Origin: a virus
IMG/VR virus record: IMGVR_UViG_3300022700_000208
Location: 1 to 64,000 of that record
Direction: 5' to 3' (one strand)
DNA length: 64,000 nucleotides
Position 1 is the stretch's first letter. Each line of letters opens with the position of its first letter. The notes beneath the pieces were generated by a model that had not been told where the DNA came from, did not search any database, and was given only the letters and a program-made list of their open reading frames with translations. Below, piece by piece: positions 1 through 9,723 of this stretch. The position numbers were made by a program, and so were the translations under genes.

Positions 1-2480
1 TCATACATCCAAATTGTATGGATTATCTTAACCTTCATATAAGAAGAAAACTTGGAATGATGATTGTAGATGAGATAGTGAATCCATTGTTTGAGATGAG
101 GATATTGAGTATCAATAACCTCTCTTAATTTTTTCACTCCTTGAAATTTAGCAGTTTCCCAATTAATACTTTTGGGTTTTTCTCCACTTTTAGGAGGACC
201 TTGAACTTCTTTTGGAAATTTAATATTGATCCAGCCAGCACCTTTGGTTTCACATAGTCCATTATTTTTTAAATAGCGCAGGCAAGTTCCAAGGTAGTCA
301 ATTCCTGTCTCACCTCTCATGTCAATCATGGCAACTTGACTCGGAAGAGTAAGCTTGTTTTTTACCATGGAGATCTGAGAGACAATCCCATTAACTTGTT
401 CATCCCCAGTTTTCTTGTTTATTTCTTTTATTTTTCCCGTGGCCTGAATTTTAGCTCTTACTGAAGAATGAAATTTAATTCCTCCACCGCCACTAGATTC
501 ATCACCTCCAACAGGAGATCCAATCTTTTTCCCAAGCTGGTTAACAAAAATCATACTGGAATTGGTTTTTCCGAGTTTGTTTACTATTCTTCTGAGAGCT
601 GCTCGTATTATTCTTGCTTTTTCAGCAATACCTCCAGAAAAATCACCATTTTCAAACTCATTTTTAGTTGGAGCCGCTGCAACAGTATCCCAGCAGGCAA
701 GCATTTTAATGCCTTTTTCTTCACATCTTTTCAAAGTTGACTCAATGATATCGAAACCATCTTCAACATTATCCACTTCTGAAATAATGAATTTGTCGAT
801 AGGAGCCCCAACATTGAAAGCTCTTGCTTTATCGAGAGCTGATTCAGTTTCAATCCAAAGAATAAGCCATCTATTATCATTTTTTGCTTGCCAATACCTA
901 GCAAATGCTTGAGTGGAAGCTAATGCTAATGTTGATTTTCCTTGGGATTCCCACCCCATAAATTCATAGATCTTACCCGAATTATGTATGATATTTCCAG
1001 CTTCGGTTAAAAAATTATGATATTTATCTACTGTAATATCATAAACAGGAATTTTTTCTTCATAGCTTATAGTCTTCACAGACTTCACTTTGTGATTAGT
1101 ACAGTATTTAAGATGATTATTATAAATACTTCTTTTCATTTTTCCTAAGAAAGCATTACATTTACCACAATGAGCTTCTATAATTTCATTGTTTTTCTTT
1201 TTCATTCTTCTTGAAACTATCTTTTTTACTTCTGGCTTTTGGAAATTATGTTTACCGATAGAGGATAGATACAATTCTCTTTCCCTTCGGAATTCAACCA
1301 TGTGATTTCTAAATTCTTCTTCAAGCCATTTATTTTTCATGTTTTTGGAAACAATATTCTTTTGTCTTTCTCTCATTTCTTTATATTCTGGAGAGTAATG
1401 TAGTTTATAATTAAACCTTCTAATATTATCTGAAGTTACTTCGGACATTAAATTTATAAACCACTGTTCCTTCCAAAGTCTTTTTAAATTTTTTGATGCC
1501 TTGTCTCTAAACTCTTTGCTATTGGTAACTTCCTTTAGGATTTTGGAAGTTAAATTAGACATTTTTCCCCTGTACTCGGGATCTTGCCAATTTTCATAAT
1601 TTCTTTTTGAAGTTAGGTTGGATTGCATTTTTCTGAATTCAGGATCTTGCCATAACTTCTTTAAGTTTTTAGAGGAAACTTTAGACATTAAGTCTATAAA
1701 CCATTTCTCTTGCCAGAGTTTCTTTAATCTTTCACTGGCATCTTTTGAATGTAACTCAAAATGTTCTTCCTTATCCATTATTTTAAGATTAGAAGGATCA
1801 TTATTATTTGGGTTAAAATCTATGTGATGGCAAACTTGTTTTCCTCTATACCCCCCTAAAACTTCTTTAGCTACTAACTGATGAACTAACTCTGATTTAC
1901 CAGTTTTATTGTTTAAAACACTTGGATATGTATTCCATCTTTTTGAAATATATCCAGAGTAAACTGGCATCAAGCTATCATTTTCTTTTAGATATTGAGC
2001 CTCCTTATAAGATCCATCTCTCATCATAAAACGATGGTTAGGAGTGCATCGTATGCTCTTATCATTGTCTAAGGTTATTTCTAATAGTTTATCAACCCAT
2101 CCTGTAATTTGAGCATTACTACCTTTAGCAGGTTTAATTTCTCCTTCAGGTGTTGAAGAATAAACCCAAAATTCTTTTTCATTAACTAATTCTTTTATTG
2201 GAATTAATCTTCCATCTAATAACGGAATTTTTGTATTTCCTTCAAGGCAATAAATACCTCCACCAAAAGGAATATCTAATGGAGGACAATCAAAAGTATA
2301 AATATCAGAAACATCAGATCCTAAAGTATCAACTACTGTCTTAAGCCTTTTATCTTCATTAGCAATTTCTTCAATAGAAAAATCTGAACTTGATGAAGGT
2401 TCTTCTTTGGCTTTGCTTTCTGTAGTCTTTGAAGTTTTTTTCTTGGTTGTTTTCTTTTTAGTGGCTTGTTTCTTGGCCAT
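1..2480 (-). CDS. recA: RecA/UvsX-like recombinase containing an intein; runs off the left edge
   Basis: Hand translation from ATG 2480 (SD AGGAG): LDIPFGGGIY|intein|SGKIYEFMGWESQGKST (Walker A), IETESALD, WDTVAA (Walker B), IFVNQL, GGGGIKFHSSVR, KNKL. Missing from the ORF track because no stop lies inside the window. Confidence 0.93.
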   Translation of the reverse strand, partial: MAKKQATKKKTTKKKTSKTTESKAKEEPSSSSDFSIEEIANEDKRLKTVVDTLGSDVSDIYTFDCPPLDIPFGGGIYCLEGNTKIPLLDGRLIPIKELVNEKEFWVYSSTPEGEIKPAKGSNAQITGWVDKLLEITLDNDKSIRCTPNHRFMMRDGSYKEAQYLKENDSLMPVYSGYISKRWNTYPSVLNNKTGKSELVHQLVAKEVLGGYRGKQVCHHIDFNPNNNDPSNLKIMDKEEHFELHSKDASERLKKLWQEKWFIDLMSKVSSKNLKKLWQDPEFRKMQSNLTSKRNYENWQDPEYRGKMSNLTSKILKEVTNSKEFRDKASKNLKRLWKEQWFINLMSEVTSDNIRRFNYKLHYSPEYKEMRERQKNIVSKNMKNKWLEEEFRNHMVEFRRERELYLSSIGKHNFQKPEVKKIVSRRMKKKNNEIIEAHCGKCNAFLGKMKRSIYNNHLKYCTNHKVKSVKTISYEEKIPVYDITVDKYHNFLTEAGNIIHNSGKIYEFMGWESQGKSTLALASTQAFARYWQAKNDNRWLILWIETESALDKARAFNVGAPIDKFIISEVDNVEDGFDIIESTLKRCEEKGIKMLACWDTVAAAPTKNEFENGDFSGGIAEKARIIRAALRRIVNKLGKTNSSMIFVNQLGKKIGSPVGGDESSGGGGIKFHSSVRAKIQATGKIKEINKKTGDEQVNGIVSQISMVKNKLTLPSQVAMIDMRGETGIDYLGTCLRYLKNNGLCETKGAGWINIKFPKEVQGPPKSGEKPKSINWETAKFQGVKKLREVIDTQYPHLKQWIHYLIYNHHSKFSSYMKVKIIHTIWMY
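981..2249 (-). mobile_element. Intein (423 aa) with HNH homing endonuclease in recA
   Basis: Starts CLEGNTKIPLLDG, block B CTPNHRF, HNH motif HHIDFNPNNNDPSNL, repeated KKLWQDPEFR-like helices, ends VYDITVDKYHNF...IIHN followed by Ser. Confidence 0.93.
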
Positions 2481-2838
2481 TTTCTCCTCCTGACAAAACA
2501 TTGATGAGGCCAGCTAGTGATTGATCCATAGGAAGTCCCTTATCGTTGCAAACAAAAAAATCAAATAAAGCTGAAAGAACAAATTTCAGATTAGAAAAGT
2601 TGATGTACATAACTCCATTTTCATCAACATAACTTGACTTAACTTTTGATACATAAAACAAAGTTTCATCCTCAATGTAAAAGTCTGAGGAAAATCCCTT
2701 TAGTTGGGGGTTTTTCCTCAAAACGTCTGAAAAGGAATAAAATTTAGGATCAAAACAAAGAACTCGGACATTATCCGATTTCATTATCTGCTTGGATGCG
2801 TTCTGAAGTCTGGCAACAGTTTCAGTATCAAACTTCAT
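2458..2838 (-). CDS. hypothetical protein
   Basis: 126 aa ORF tightly packed in the leftward operon. Confidence 0.7.
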   Translation of the reverse strand: MKFDTETVARLQNASKQIMKSDNVRVLCFDPKFYSFSDVLRKNPQLKGFSSDFYIEDETLFYVSKVKSSYVDENGVMYINFSNLKFVLSALFDFFVCNDKGLPMDQSLAGLINVLSGGENGQETSH

Positions 2839-3022
2839 AATTATTCTCTTGCTTTGAATAGGGTTTTTTCAAAACTTCTACATGAAAACCGTCTTTTTCC
2901 TTGTCCTCTTCAACTTTTTCAACTGAATATCCTGCTTCTTTAAAAACAGAATTATTGAAATAATACTGAAGAGCCATAGCCATTGTTTGACGGTTTATGA
3001 TTAGTAAATTGTTTCCTTCCAT
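2828..3022 (-). CDS. hypothetical protein
   Basis: 64 aa ORF with SD GGAGG, packed in the operon. Confidence 0.65.
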   Translation of the reverse strand: MEGNNLLIINRQTMAMALQYYFNNSVFKEAGYSVEKVEEDKEKDGFHVEVLKKPYSKQENNYEV

Positions 3023-3024
3023 AT

Positions 3025-4197
3025 TTATCCTCCAGATGAGTTGACTGTTTGTTCACAGTTGTATTCATAAGGACACATCAAACAGTCAGTATTCTCTGGA
3101 CTGTAGACATTGGGATCACCAAAGCAATCAGGTGCATTTGGGGGCTTATTGGAATTTTCCGAAGAGGAAGGAGCCTGAGCAGACTGCCCCGATTGTGGAG
3201 AAGGCGATGATGCAGGAGCTTGCTGACTTGCTTGCTGAGCTGGAGCAGCCTGCTGAGGCTGTGTTTGTGGTTGTGGCTGTTGAGCTTGCTGCTGTTGTGG
3301 AGGTGCAGAAGGCCCAACAGATTGGGTAGGTTGAGGAGCAGCTTGAGGTGGGGCTCCCTGGTTAGCCCCAGGTGAGGTTTCCATGCTGTTTGCTGTTTCT
3401 CCAGGATGTTGAGGTCCAGGGGTTGCATTGCCTGATGTGAGCCCCCCAAGCCGCTTTTTAAAACTTTCTCTTGTAGCTTCTGTGATCTGATGGATCTTTT
3501 TCATTCCATTATCATCAGGTGGAAGCCATGCGTTAATTTTGTCTAGATCATACATTTGTCCCAGAATTTGTTCGATTTCCTCATCCGTGGGAGCAATAGG
3601 ACTCTGGCCCCGAGCCACAGTCTTCTCAAAGGCTCCCCCATCACTTTTTCTCTTAAGGATTACATTGGCTCCCGTCTTGGGATCGGTTATATCGCCTATA
3701 TCCTCATCTATGAGGCTTTGATAAAGCCAGTCCTTCATATTCCCCGAGAAACCCATAATGCGGGGCTCTTTCGGGTTGAGGGCTTCATTTGTATGTCTCT
3801 TGGCAAATGCCTGGTCCTCAATCACAAGAACATTGGCAAAAGCTTTTCTTGAGGCTGCCCATTTGTCTAGATCCATTCGGCCATCAAATTCCTTAAGCAT
3901 CTCACAGAACGGACATTCCATTCCAAATGGAACAAGGCATAAAATCTTACTTGGGGGATACTGACTGGCCTGAGCTAGCTCATCAGGACAAATGATTGAG
4001 TAGTGGTAAGATATTTCTTTAGCTGGCTCACCTTTTTCATTGTACGGGGGCAAAAAGCGTACTTTAAATTGCTGTGTGTCCTTTGGAACTCTATAAAATT
4101 TCCTGTTTCCTCCAGATCCACTGCTTGCCCCAACTGGCTTGTGTTCTTTGCTCTTTTCGAGAGTCTGCTTGATCTTGCTGAAATCGAGTTTATGCAT
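3025..4197 (-). CDS. T4 gp32-like single-stranded DNA-binding protein with Q/P-rich linker and C-terminal Cys4 motif
   Basis: VRFLPP, CPFCE, ANVLVIED, GDITDPKTG, YDLD motifs typical of gp32-like SSBs; next to recA. Confidence 0.8.
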   Translation of the reverse strand: MHKLDFSKIKQTLEKSKEHKPVGASSGSGGNRKFYRVPKDTQQFKVRFLPPYNEKGEPAKEISYHYSIICPDELAQASQYPPSKILCLVPFGMECPFCEMLKEFDGRMDLDKWAASRKAFANVLVIEDQAFAKRHTNEALNPKEPRIMGFSGNMKDWLYQSLIDEDIGDITDPKTGANVILKRKSDGGAFEKTVARGQSPIAPTDEEIEQILGQMYDLDKINAWLPPDDNGMKKIHQITEATRESFKKRLGGLTSGNATPGPQHPGETANSMETSPGANQGAPPQAAPQPTQSVGPSAPPQQQQAQQPQPQTQPQQAAPAQQASQQAPASSPSPQSGQSAQAPSSSENSNKPPNAPDCFGDPNVYSPENTDCLMCPYEYNCEQTVNSSGG

Positions 4198-4230
4198 GGC
4201 AATCTCCTGTATCTTTATTTGTTCCTTTTG

Positions 4231-4272
4231 CCCTCACTATCCCATAACGATAAAAAGGGAGCTGGTTCTCAG
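4231..4272 (-). promoter_or_regulatory. Conserved phage promoter motif, copy 1 (upstream of SSB)
   Basis: CTGAGAACCAGCTCCCTTTTTATCGTTATGGGATAGTGAGGG; near-identical to 17619-17661 (+) and 5990-6020 (-). Confidence 0.7.
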
Positions 4273-4312
4273 ATACAGGAGAAAAAATTTGAAAAAAGTT
4301 TAATGCACTGAG

Positions 4313-4783
4313 TTAATCACTCAGCGCATCATACTTTGTATAAGAAAGAGCTGATTTATTGGCTTTAACCTTAATATAATCAAATGGAATAGCCGAAACT
4401 TGATCCACTTTAAGGTTTTCCCTCTCAAAGGATTTAAAAACATCTCGATTGGAAGAAAAATAATGATCTGTGATTCCGACAGATCCCCATTTTGGTTTTA
4501 CGACATACCGATAAGCAAAAACAGTCTCAACTACCTTTCTAGGACTGTATAGCCAAATGGATCTAAAGATGGAAGGATTAATATGCCCTGATCCATTTTC
4601 ATTTCTTAAATAAACTGGAATGTGCTTATTGTTTCCTTCTTCATCTGAGCAAACTGTCCATGTATTAGATCCATCTGTTATTTTATCTCCAATTAAGATC
4701 TCACTTCCAAAGATACATTTTGTGGAGATAAAGTTTTCCAGATTGACTAATTTTCCTGTGTGTTTTTCTTCTTTCCAACTCAT
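4313..4783 (-). CDS. hypothetical protein
   Basis: 156 aa ORF with SD GAGGT. Confidence 0.65.
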   Translation of the reverse strand: MSWKEEKHTGKLVNLENFISTKCIFGSEILIGDKITDGSNTWTVCSDEEGNNKHIPVYLRNENGSGHINPSIFRSIWLYSPRKVVETVFAYRYVVKPKWGSVGITDHYFSSNRDVFKSFERENLKVDQVSAIPFDYIKVKANKSALSYTKYDALSD

Positions 4784-4796
4784 GTTCTACCTCATC

Positions 4797-5195
4797 CTAT
4801 GGAATAACAGTCTTAGTTGATTGTTCTTGATCCTTAGATGATTTCTTTTCATCACCCATCCCATAAACATTTATGGAAAGACCGACAATTTCACCTTCAT
4901 AATTAGTATTGAAATCCTCAAGGAATACCTCAACTTTATCCAATCCATACTGAAGGACACCTTCATTGTGGGTTCTAGGAATAAACCCAACCCAATAAAA
5001 CTCATCATCTTGTCCAGCAAAAACTTTAACAGCATTTTTATCATGAGGGTTGTCGGGTTGATGTTGAAGGCTTATCTGGGGGTTTAAAGTCCCTTCTTCT
5101 TTTTTCCTTGCCATCAATTCCACAAAAGACTGCAAGTTGTCTCTTTGGGGTTTAAAGCTAACTCCGACTACTGATCCTGTGTAGAGTAACCGCAT
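4797..5195 (-). CDS. HIRAN domain protein
   Basis: VVGVSF, LQHQPDNPHDKNAVKV, VGFIPR signature. Confidence 0.85.
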   Translation of the reverse strand: MRLLYTGSVVGVSFKPQRDNLQSFVELMARKKEEGTLNPQISLQHQPDNPHDKNAVKVFAGQDDEFYWVGFIPRTHNEGVLQYGLDKVEVFLEDFNTNYEGEIVGLSINVYGMGDEKKSSKDQEQSTKTVIP

Positions 5196-5362
5196 GATTT
5201 TCCACCTTTCTGTTTGGATTTAAAATTTTGTATGGACTCAAGTAACCCACTTTCAGTTAGTTTATCAACCAATAGTTGGGCATAATCTCTTATCTGTTTT
5301 AACTCCTCTGGAGTTCCAAGTTTTCTATACTCCTCCAGTTCTTTCTTGTCCTTCTCATCCAT
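5168..5362 (-). CDS. small protein carrying a scaffold-repeat-like motif
   Basis: EEYRKLGTPEEL matches the repeats in 49541-51025. Confidence 0.7.
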   Translation of the reverse strand: MDEKDKKELEEYRKLGTPEELKQIRDYAQLLVDKLTESGLLESIQNFKSKQKGGKSCGYSTQDQ

Positions 5363-5619
5363 TAGTCAACCCACCATGTTTGAACTATTTCCTCAGCGGA
5401 AATATTCTCCTTTTTGCTTTCACTTATAATTCTTCCATCTGTGTTCGTCTTCCAAACAGTAAAACTTTCCCCGTTAAAGTTCATAACACAAACACCAAAA
5501 TTAACTGGCCTGTGTCCTTTTGTTTCTCGGCTTTTGAGGTAACACAGCTCTCCAGGATTAAGTCTATTGAGAAAGGCAATGTCTTCATTTTCTCTTTTTT
5601 CAATTTTACCTTCGCTCAT
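5362..5619 (-). CDS. hypothetical protein
   Basis: 85 aa, overlapping start/stop with neighbours. Confidence 0.6.
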   Translation of the reverse strand: MSEGKIEKRENEDIAFLNRLNPGELCYLKSRETKGHRPVNFGVCVMNFNGESFTVWKTNTDGRIISESKKENISAEEIVQTWWVD

Positions 5620-5837
5620 GTATCCACCATTTGGTTAGGACCTTCAAGAATTTCAGAGCTTTTATCTGTTCTGTCCTTTAATACAATTTGTTCTCTTCTA
5701 GAGGACACAAAAATAACAAGATCAGACATGCAAATTTTTTTAAAGATCTCATCTTTAAAATCAACTATTGTGGGATTTTCTGTATCCTTTTTTTGTTCCG
5801 TTAAGTCTTTTGGACTTAGATAAAGTGGTTTCATCAT
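5616..5837 (-). CDS. hypothetical protein
   Basis: 73 aa, coupled to neighbour. Confidence 0.55.
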   Translation of the reverse strand: MMKPLYLSPKDLTEQKKDTENPTIVDFKDEIFKKICMSDLVIFVSSRREQIVLKDRTDKSSEILEGPNQMVDT

Positions 5838-5964
5838 TTCCCCTTTTAATAAGTTGTCTAGACAATTCTCTTACTTTTTCTCTAAGCCACTCATTTTCTT
5901 CTAGAACTTGACGCTTGCTCTTCCAGGTAAAAAACTGCTTAATGCCTTTCATGCGTAGTCCCAT
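5761..5964 (-). CDS. hypothetical coiled-coil protein
   Basis: SD AGGAGGAG and promoter motif upstream. Confidence 0.55.
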   Translation of the reverse strand: MGLRMKGIKQFFTWKSKRQVLEENEWLREKVRELSRQLIKRGNDETTLSKSKRLNGTKKGYRKSHNS

Positions 5965-5989
5965 AAACTCCTCCTAGTTTCCCTGCCCT

Positions 5990-6020
5990 CCATAACGAAA
6001 AACTAGGAGCTGATTCTCAG
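5990..6020 (-). promoter_or_regulatory. Conserved phage promoter motif, copy 2
   Basis: CTGAGAATCAGCTCCTAGTTTTTCGTTATGG. Confidence 0.65.
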
Positions 6021-6050
6021 AAAAAGGTAAATTTTTTTAGACACTGAGCA

Positions 6051-6374
6051 TCACTTTTTAAAGAGATGCTCCATAATCTCTGGGGGAACTGGAGGAGATT
6101 CAGGCTCTCCTCTGTAGACAATATCTTTTGAGAAGCTAAACCCTATGTTCTCCTGGTCTGCTTTAAAATCTTTACCCACAAGACCTTTTTCCTTCAGGTA
6201 AGTTTCAATCTCTTCCCAAATAGAATCAGTCTGCTCATTGTACTCTTCTTGTATTTTTTCAGCTTGCTGCTTTAAGGCATCTAGCTTTCTTTGAGCAAAC
6301 TTTTCCTGCTCATCAATTTTACAGCAAAGATCATAAAGAGTTTTATCCTGAGAGAGTATTGCTAAAGCCTTCAT
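6051..6374 (-). CDS. hypothetical protein
   Basis: 107 aa, SD GAGGAG. Confidence 0.7.
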   Translation of the reverse strand: MKALAILSQDKTLYDLCCKIDEQEKFAQRKLDALKQQAEKIQEEYNEQTDSIWEEIETYLKEKGLVGKDFKADQENIGFSFSKDIVYRGEPESPPVPPEIMEHLFKK

Positions 6375-6377
6375 TTT

Positions 6378-6680
6378 TCACTCCTCCTCAATTTCTCTTT
6401 GGACTTTATCACGTATTTTGGTGAGAGTCTCATATCCTTCTTGATCTCCCATCTCATGAAGAATATCTTCTTGACTGACAAATCCCATGTCAAAAAGCAT
6501 TGCCTTTATTTCATTATCACTAGGAATTCTATGATCTTTTTCCTTGGCTCCAAGAAGGATGGTTATAAATTCTCTATTTCTTTCGGTCCCAAACTCAAAG
6601 CGGCCATTTTCTGACACAGCTTGAAACTTCTTTTGGACACCAATCATTCCCTTTTTGGCTTCTGGAAACCCGTCACTCAT
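6378..6680 (-). CDS. hypothetical protein
   Basis: 100 aa, SD AGGAG. Confidence 0.7.
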   Translation of the reverse strand: MSDGFPEAKKGMIGVQKKFQAVSENGRFEFGTERNREFITILLGAKEKDHRIPSDNEIKAMLFDMGFVSQEDILHEMGDQEGYETLTKIRDKVQREIEEE

Positions 6681-8911
6681 TTTCTTCTCCTTTGTTTCTT
6701 TGATTTTATATATTCCATTTTATCTATTAACTTTATTCTTTCTCTTTTATTATTTTTTATTTTCATATAAAAGGATTTTACTTTTGACACTGGTATTTTC
6801 ATTTCTTCAGGAAATACAACTAAGTCTATCTTGTTCTGTGTTATTAGTTTGTTTATTTCTGTTGAGCTTATTTTTCCCTCAGGATAAATAACTTCCTTGA
6901 AAAAGTTTACCCAAGGAAAGTAAAATTCCTCACTTAAATATAATTTGTCTAATTCCTTATTGCTTCTTACAATAAGTACGTTTAAGTTTTTACCTTTAGA
7001 ATTTATTTTTTTCCTCTCCATTTTGTTTTTCATCTTTTTTATGTCTTTTCTGAACTCATGGAAGTGAGAAATTATATTTTTAACAAAATCTCTCTTTTTC
7101 TTATATTCCTTTTCAGATTTTATATATGAATGTAGTCTTTCTTCGATATCTTTATCTTTTAAACGACCTGTATATAAAAGATCAAAAAGATTAAAAATTG
7201 CTCTTTTAGAACAATAAATGCTTTCATAGTAATATACTTGCTTTTTCTGTTCCTTCATGTCACTTATGTTTCTTTCTTCTATTGTTCTATGTATTTTTGA
7301 CACTTTTATCCCAGAAAAGTGAGAAATAAAAGATTTATGGAAAATAGGTAAATATTTTTCTATTAAATCCCCCTCTTCCTTTTCTACAGAAATGGTATTT
7401 AGTTTGCAAAAATTATTAAGTTTTATATATTTCCTAAGGAAATCTCTGTCTTCAAAATTAAGACATTCCTCAAAAAATCTTAAGTTTTCAGGAATATGAT
7501 TAATCTTTTTTGTTTTCTCTTTATATTCTTTGGGAACATAATAATTGCCTATTTTTATTATTCTCTCTACATCACCATAAGTTACTTTTTCTTGTTTCTT
7601 AGATATACGATTACCTACATAAGGATTAAAGAAACTAAAATTGTATTTTATAAATTTCTTTTGTTCTTCATTTAACTCTCGATTAACTATTGTTTTTCTG
7701 TATCTATCTTTTTCAAATTTAAGAGCATTTTCCATCACATCTTCTATTTTTCTTTCTTTTTCCACAGGATCATCAACATCTAGGTATTCAGTTACAATAT
7801 CTTTTCGTTGTGGAGAATAACCGTATAACTTACAAAAATTATATGAATAAAATCTTGAGGAAACAGCATCCCTATAATCTAAAACTATAGCTTTTTTCTT
7901 ATTTCCTTCTTTCCTTACAACTCTCCCTATTCTTTGGACATATTTTATTTGAGATCTAGTAGGTTTGGTTAGTATTGCACAGCAAGCTGAAGGGATATCA
8001 ACACCTTCATTTAATATGTCTACCACACACAAAACTTCAATTTCATCACTATTATTGAATTTATTTATTATGTTATTTCTATAATACTTTTCTGTTTTGT
8101 GAGTTAAAGTTTTAGCTGAAACCCCATTTCTGTTAAAAAGACGTTCCATTCTTTTGGCATGGTCAATGTTAATACAAAAACATATTGTTTTGTATTTCAC
8201 ATTTTGTTTATCCATTGATCTTCTTCCATACTTTTTATAAGAGTTGACTATTATTTTATTTCTTTGTTTGGATTCAACTAAAACATCAACTTGGGAAGGT
8301 TTATAATCATACTTTCCAGAAATTCCTTCGATAACTGAATTAGTTAATACTAACCATCCCTCTATATCCAATATCATATTATTTTCTTTAGCTTCATTGA
8401 AATCTAGAGAGATTGAAGGGTTTCCCAAAAAATCAATAACTGACTTATCATCTGGCCTGAATATAGTGGCTGACATTCCCAATTTCTTACTTTTAGGGAA
8501 AGCACTATAAAGTCTTTTCCAACTAGGTGCAGGGATATGGTGTACTTCATCAAAAACAATCAAATCCCAATTCCTGGGGAAATTATGTAAATTTTCCTTT
8601 CTAGCTATACAAGGAATAGAAGCTATAACCAATTGACAGTTTTTTTGTTTTGCATAGGAGGTATATACTCCAATCTCTTTATTCAAAAAACATTCAAGTT
8701 CTTCTTTGCTGTTCGTCAAAAGCTCTTTCCTATGAGTTAGCCACAAACAGGTAAAGTTTGATTTTTTCTTTAGAAACTTATTTATAACCTTAACAGCTAG
8801 TCTTGTTTTACCTGTTCCACAAAATTGATGAACCAAAGATTTTTTATTTTCATTGAGGGACTTAACTATTTTATATGTGGCTTTATTTTGGAATTTTTCA
8901 ATTTCCTTCAT
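6677..8911 (-). CDS. SF2 DEAD/DEAH-box helicase (ResIII/Irc3-like)
   Basis: CGTGKT, DEVHH, GMSAT, VDILNEGVDIP, QRIGRVVR; likely start ATG 8911 (track start 8974). Confidence 0.9.
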   Translation of the reverse strand: MKEIEKFQNKATYKIVKSLNENKKSLVHQFCGTGKTRLAVKVINKFLKKKSNFTCLWLTHRKELLTNSKEELECFLNKEIGVYTSYAKQKNCQLVIASIPCIARKENLHNFPRNWDLIVFDEVHHIPAPSWKRLYSAFPKSKKLGMSATIFRPDDKSVIDFLGNPSISLDFNEAKENNMILDIEGWLVLTNSVIEGISGKYDYKPSQVDVLVESKQRNKIIVNSYKKYGRRSMDKQNVKYKTICFCINIDHAKRMERLFNRNGVSAKTLTHKTEKYYRNNIINKFNNSDEIEVLCVVDILNEGVDIPSACCAILTKPTRSQIKYVQRIGRVVRKEGNKKKAIVLDYRDAVSSRFYSYNFCKLYGYSPQRKDIVTEYLDVDDPVEKERKIEDVMENALKFEKDRYRKTIVNRELNEEQKKFIKYNFSFFNPYVGNRISKKQEKVTYGDVERIIKIGNYYVPKEYKEKTKKINHIPENLRFFEECLNFEDRDFLRKYIKLNNFCKLNTISVEKEEGDLIEKYLPIFHKSFISHFSGIKVSKIHRTIEERNISDMKEQKKQVYYYESIYCSKRAIFNLFDLLYTGRLKDKDIEERLHSYIKSEKEYKKKRDFVKNIISHFHEFRKDIKKMKNKMERKKINSKGKNLNVLIVRSNKELDKLYLSEEFYFPWVNFFKEVIYPEGKISSTEINKLITQNKIDLVVFPEEMKIPVSKVKSFYMKIKNNKRERIKLIDKMEYIKSKKQRRRK

Positions 8912-8912
8912 A

Positions 8913-9220
8913 TTATTCCCCAAAACACTCATGAAGAACTTTGGGTTTAAACCCAAATATGTCTTTGAAAGCAAACTTAGCTGTCTCTTTAAAAGGCTCT
9001 AAGTGAGAAGCATCTCCAGGTCCTCTAAAATAATCATCCCCTCTATTTTTCAGAAGGGTTCGGATGCGCTCTTGGACATTAGTTGTGGTAACACTCTCAC
9101 CTTCTTTAAGCATCCAACATATAATAAGATGAACATCTCCTTCACTGAGATGATGTTTAATTAAAGGCTCAATGAAAGATCCCTCATTCTGAGATTCAAT
9201 CCATTCATACTTCCTAGCCA
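8913..9220 (-). CDS. hypothetical protein
   Basis: MARKYEW start after SD GGAG; start approximate. Confidence 0.6.
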
Positions 9221-9723
9221 TTGTTTTCTCCTTCAAGATTATAAGAGCAATCAAAAGAAATTGTGTGATGTGGGTAGGATATTTTAACCTTTCTTATTCT
9301 CACGCTTTTGCATCCGCAATTAACTACTTTTAAATTTACGGAGCCAAGATCATTGACAGAAACAGAATTTTTTATTTGAGCTTCATATTCCTTTTTGCAA
9401 CAAGCATGATATAGCCAAACAACATTTTCTTCTGGAGAAATTGAACTTCCATTTAGATTGATGGAAATATCCTCCGAAAGAAAATGGTGTATTTTTTTGT
9501 TTGGAAACTCAGGAATATATTCCTCTATTTTCTTTTTCATTTCTTTCTCATACAATTCCCTGTTTTTGTCACAAATGTCGCAAATTTCATTTACATCACC
9601 CAGACGGTGGATTTCTACTTCTGTTTTAATGTCAATTCCAGAAAAAGCTAAAAGGGTTGCATGTTTAAAACAAATATTCTTATATTCCTCTGAATAATAC
9701 CTAATGCTGAAATTGATCTCCAT
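9214..9723 (-). CDS. hypothetical protein
   Basis: 169 aa, coupled to neighbours. Confidence 0.6.
   Translation of the reverse strand: MEINFSIRYYSEEYKNICFKHATLLAFSGIDIKTEVEIHRLGDVNEICDICDKNRELYEKEMKKKIEEYIPEFPNKKIHHFLSEDISINLNGSSISPEENVVWLYHACCKKEYEAQIKNSVSVNDLGSVNLKVVNCGCKSVRIRKVKISYPHHTISFDCSYNLEGENNG

Noticed and set aside
468-1827. Plus-strand ORFs at the left end
   Set aside because: Shadows of minus-strand recA
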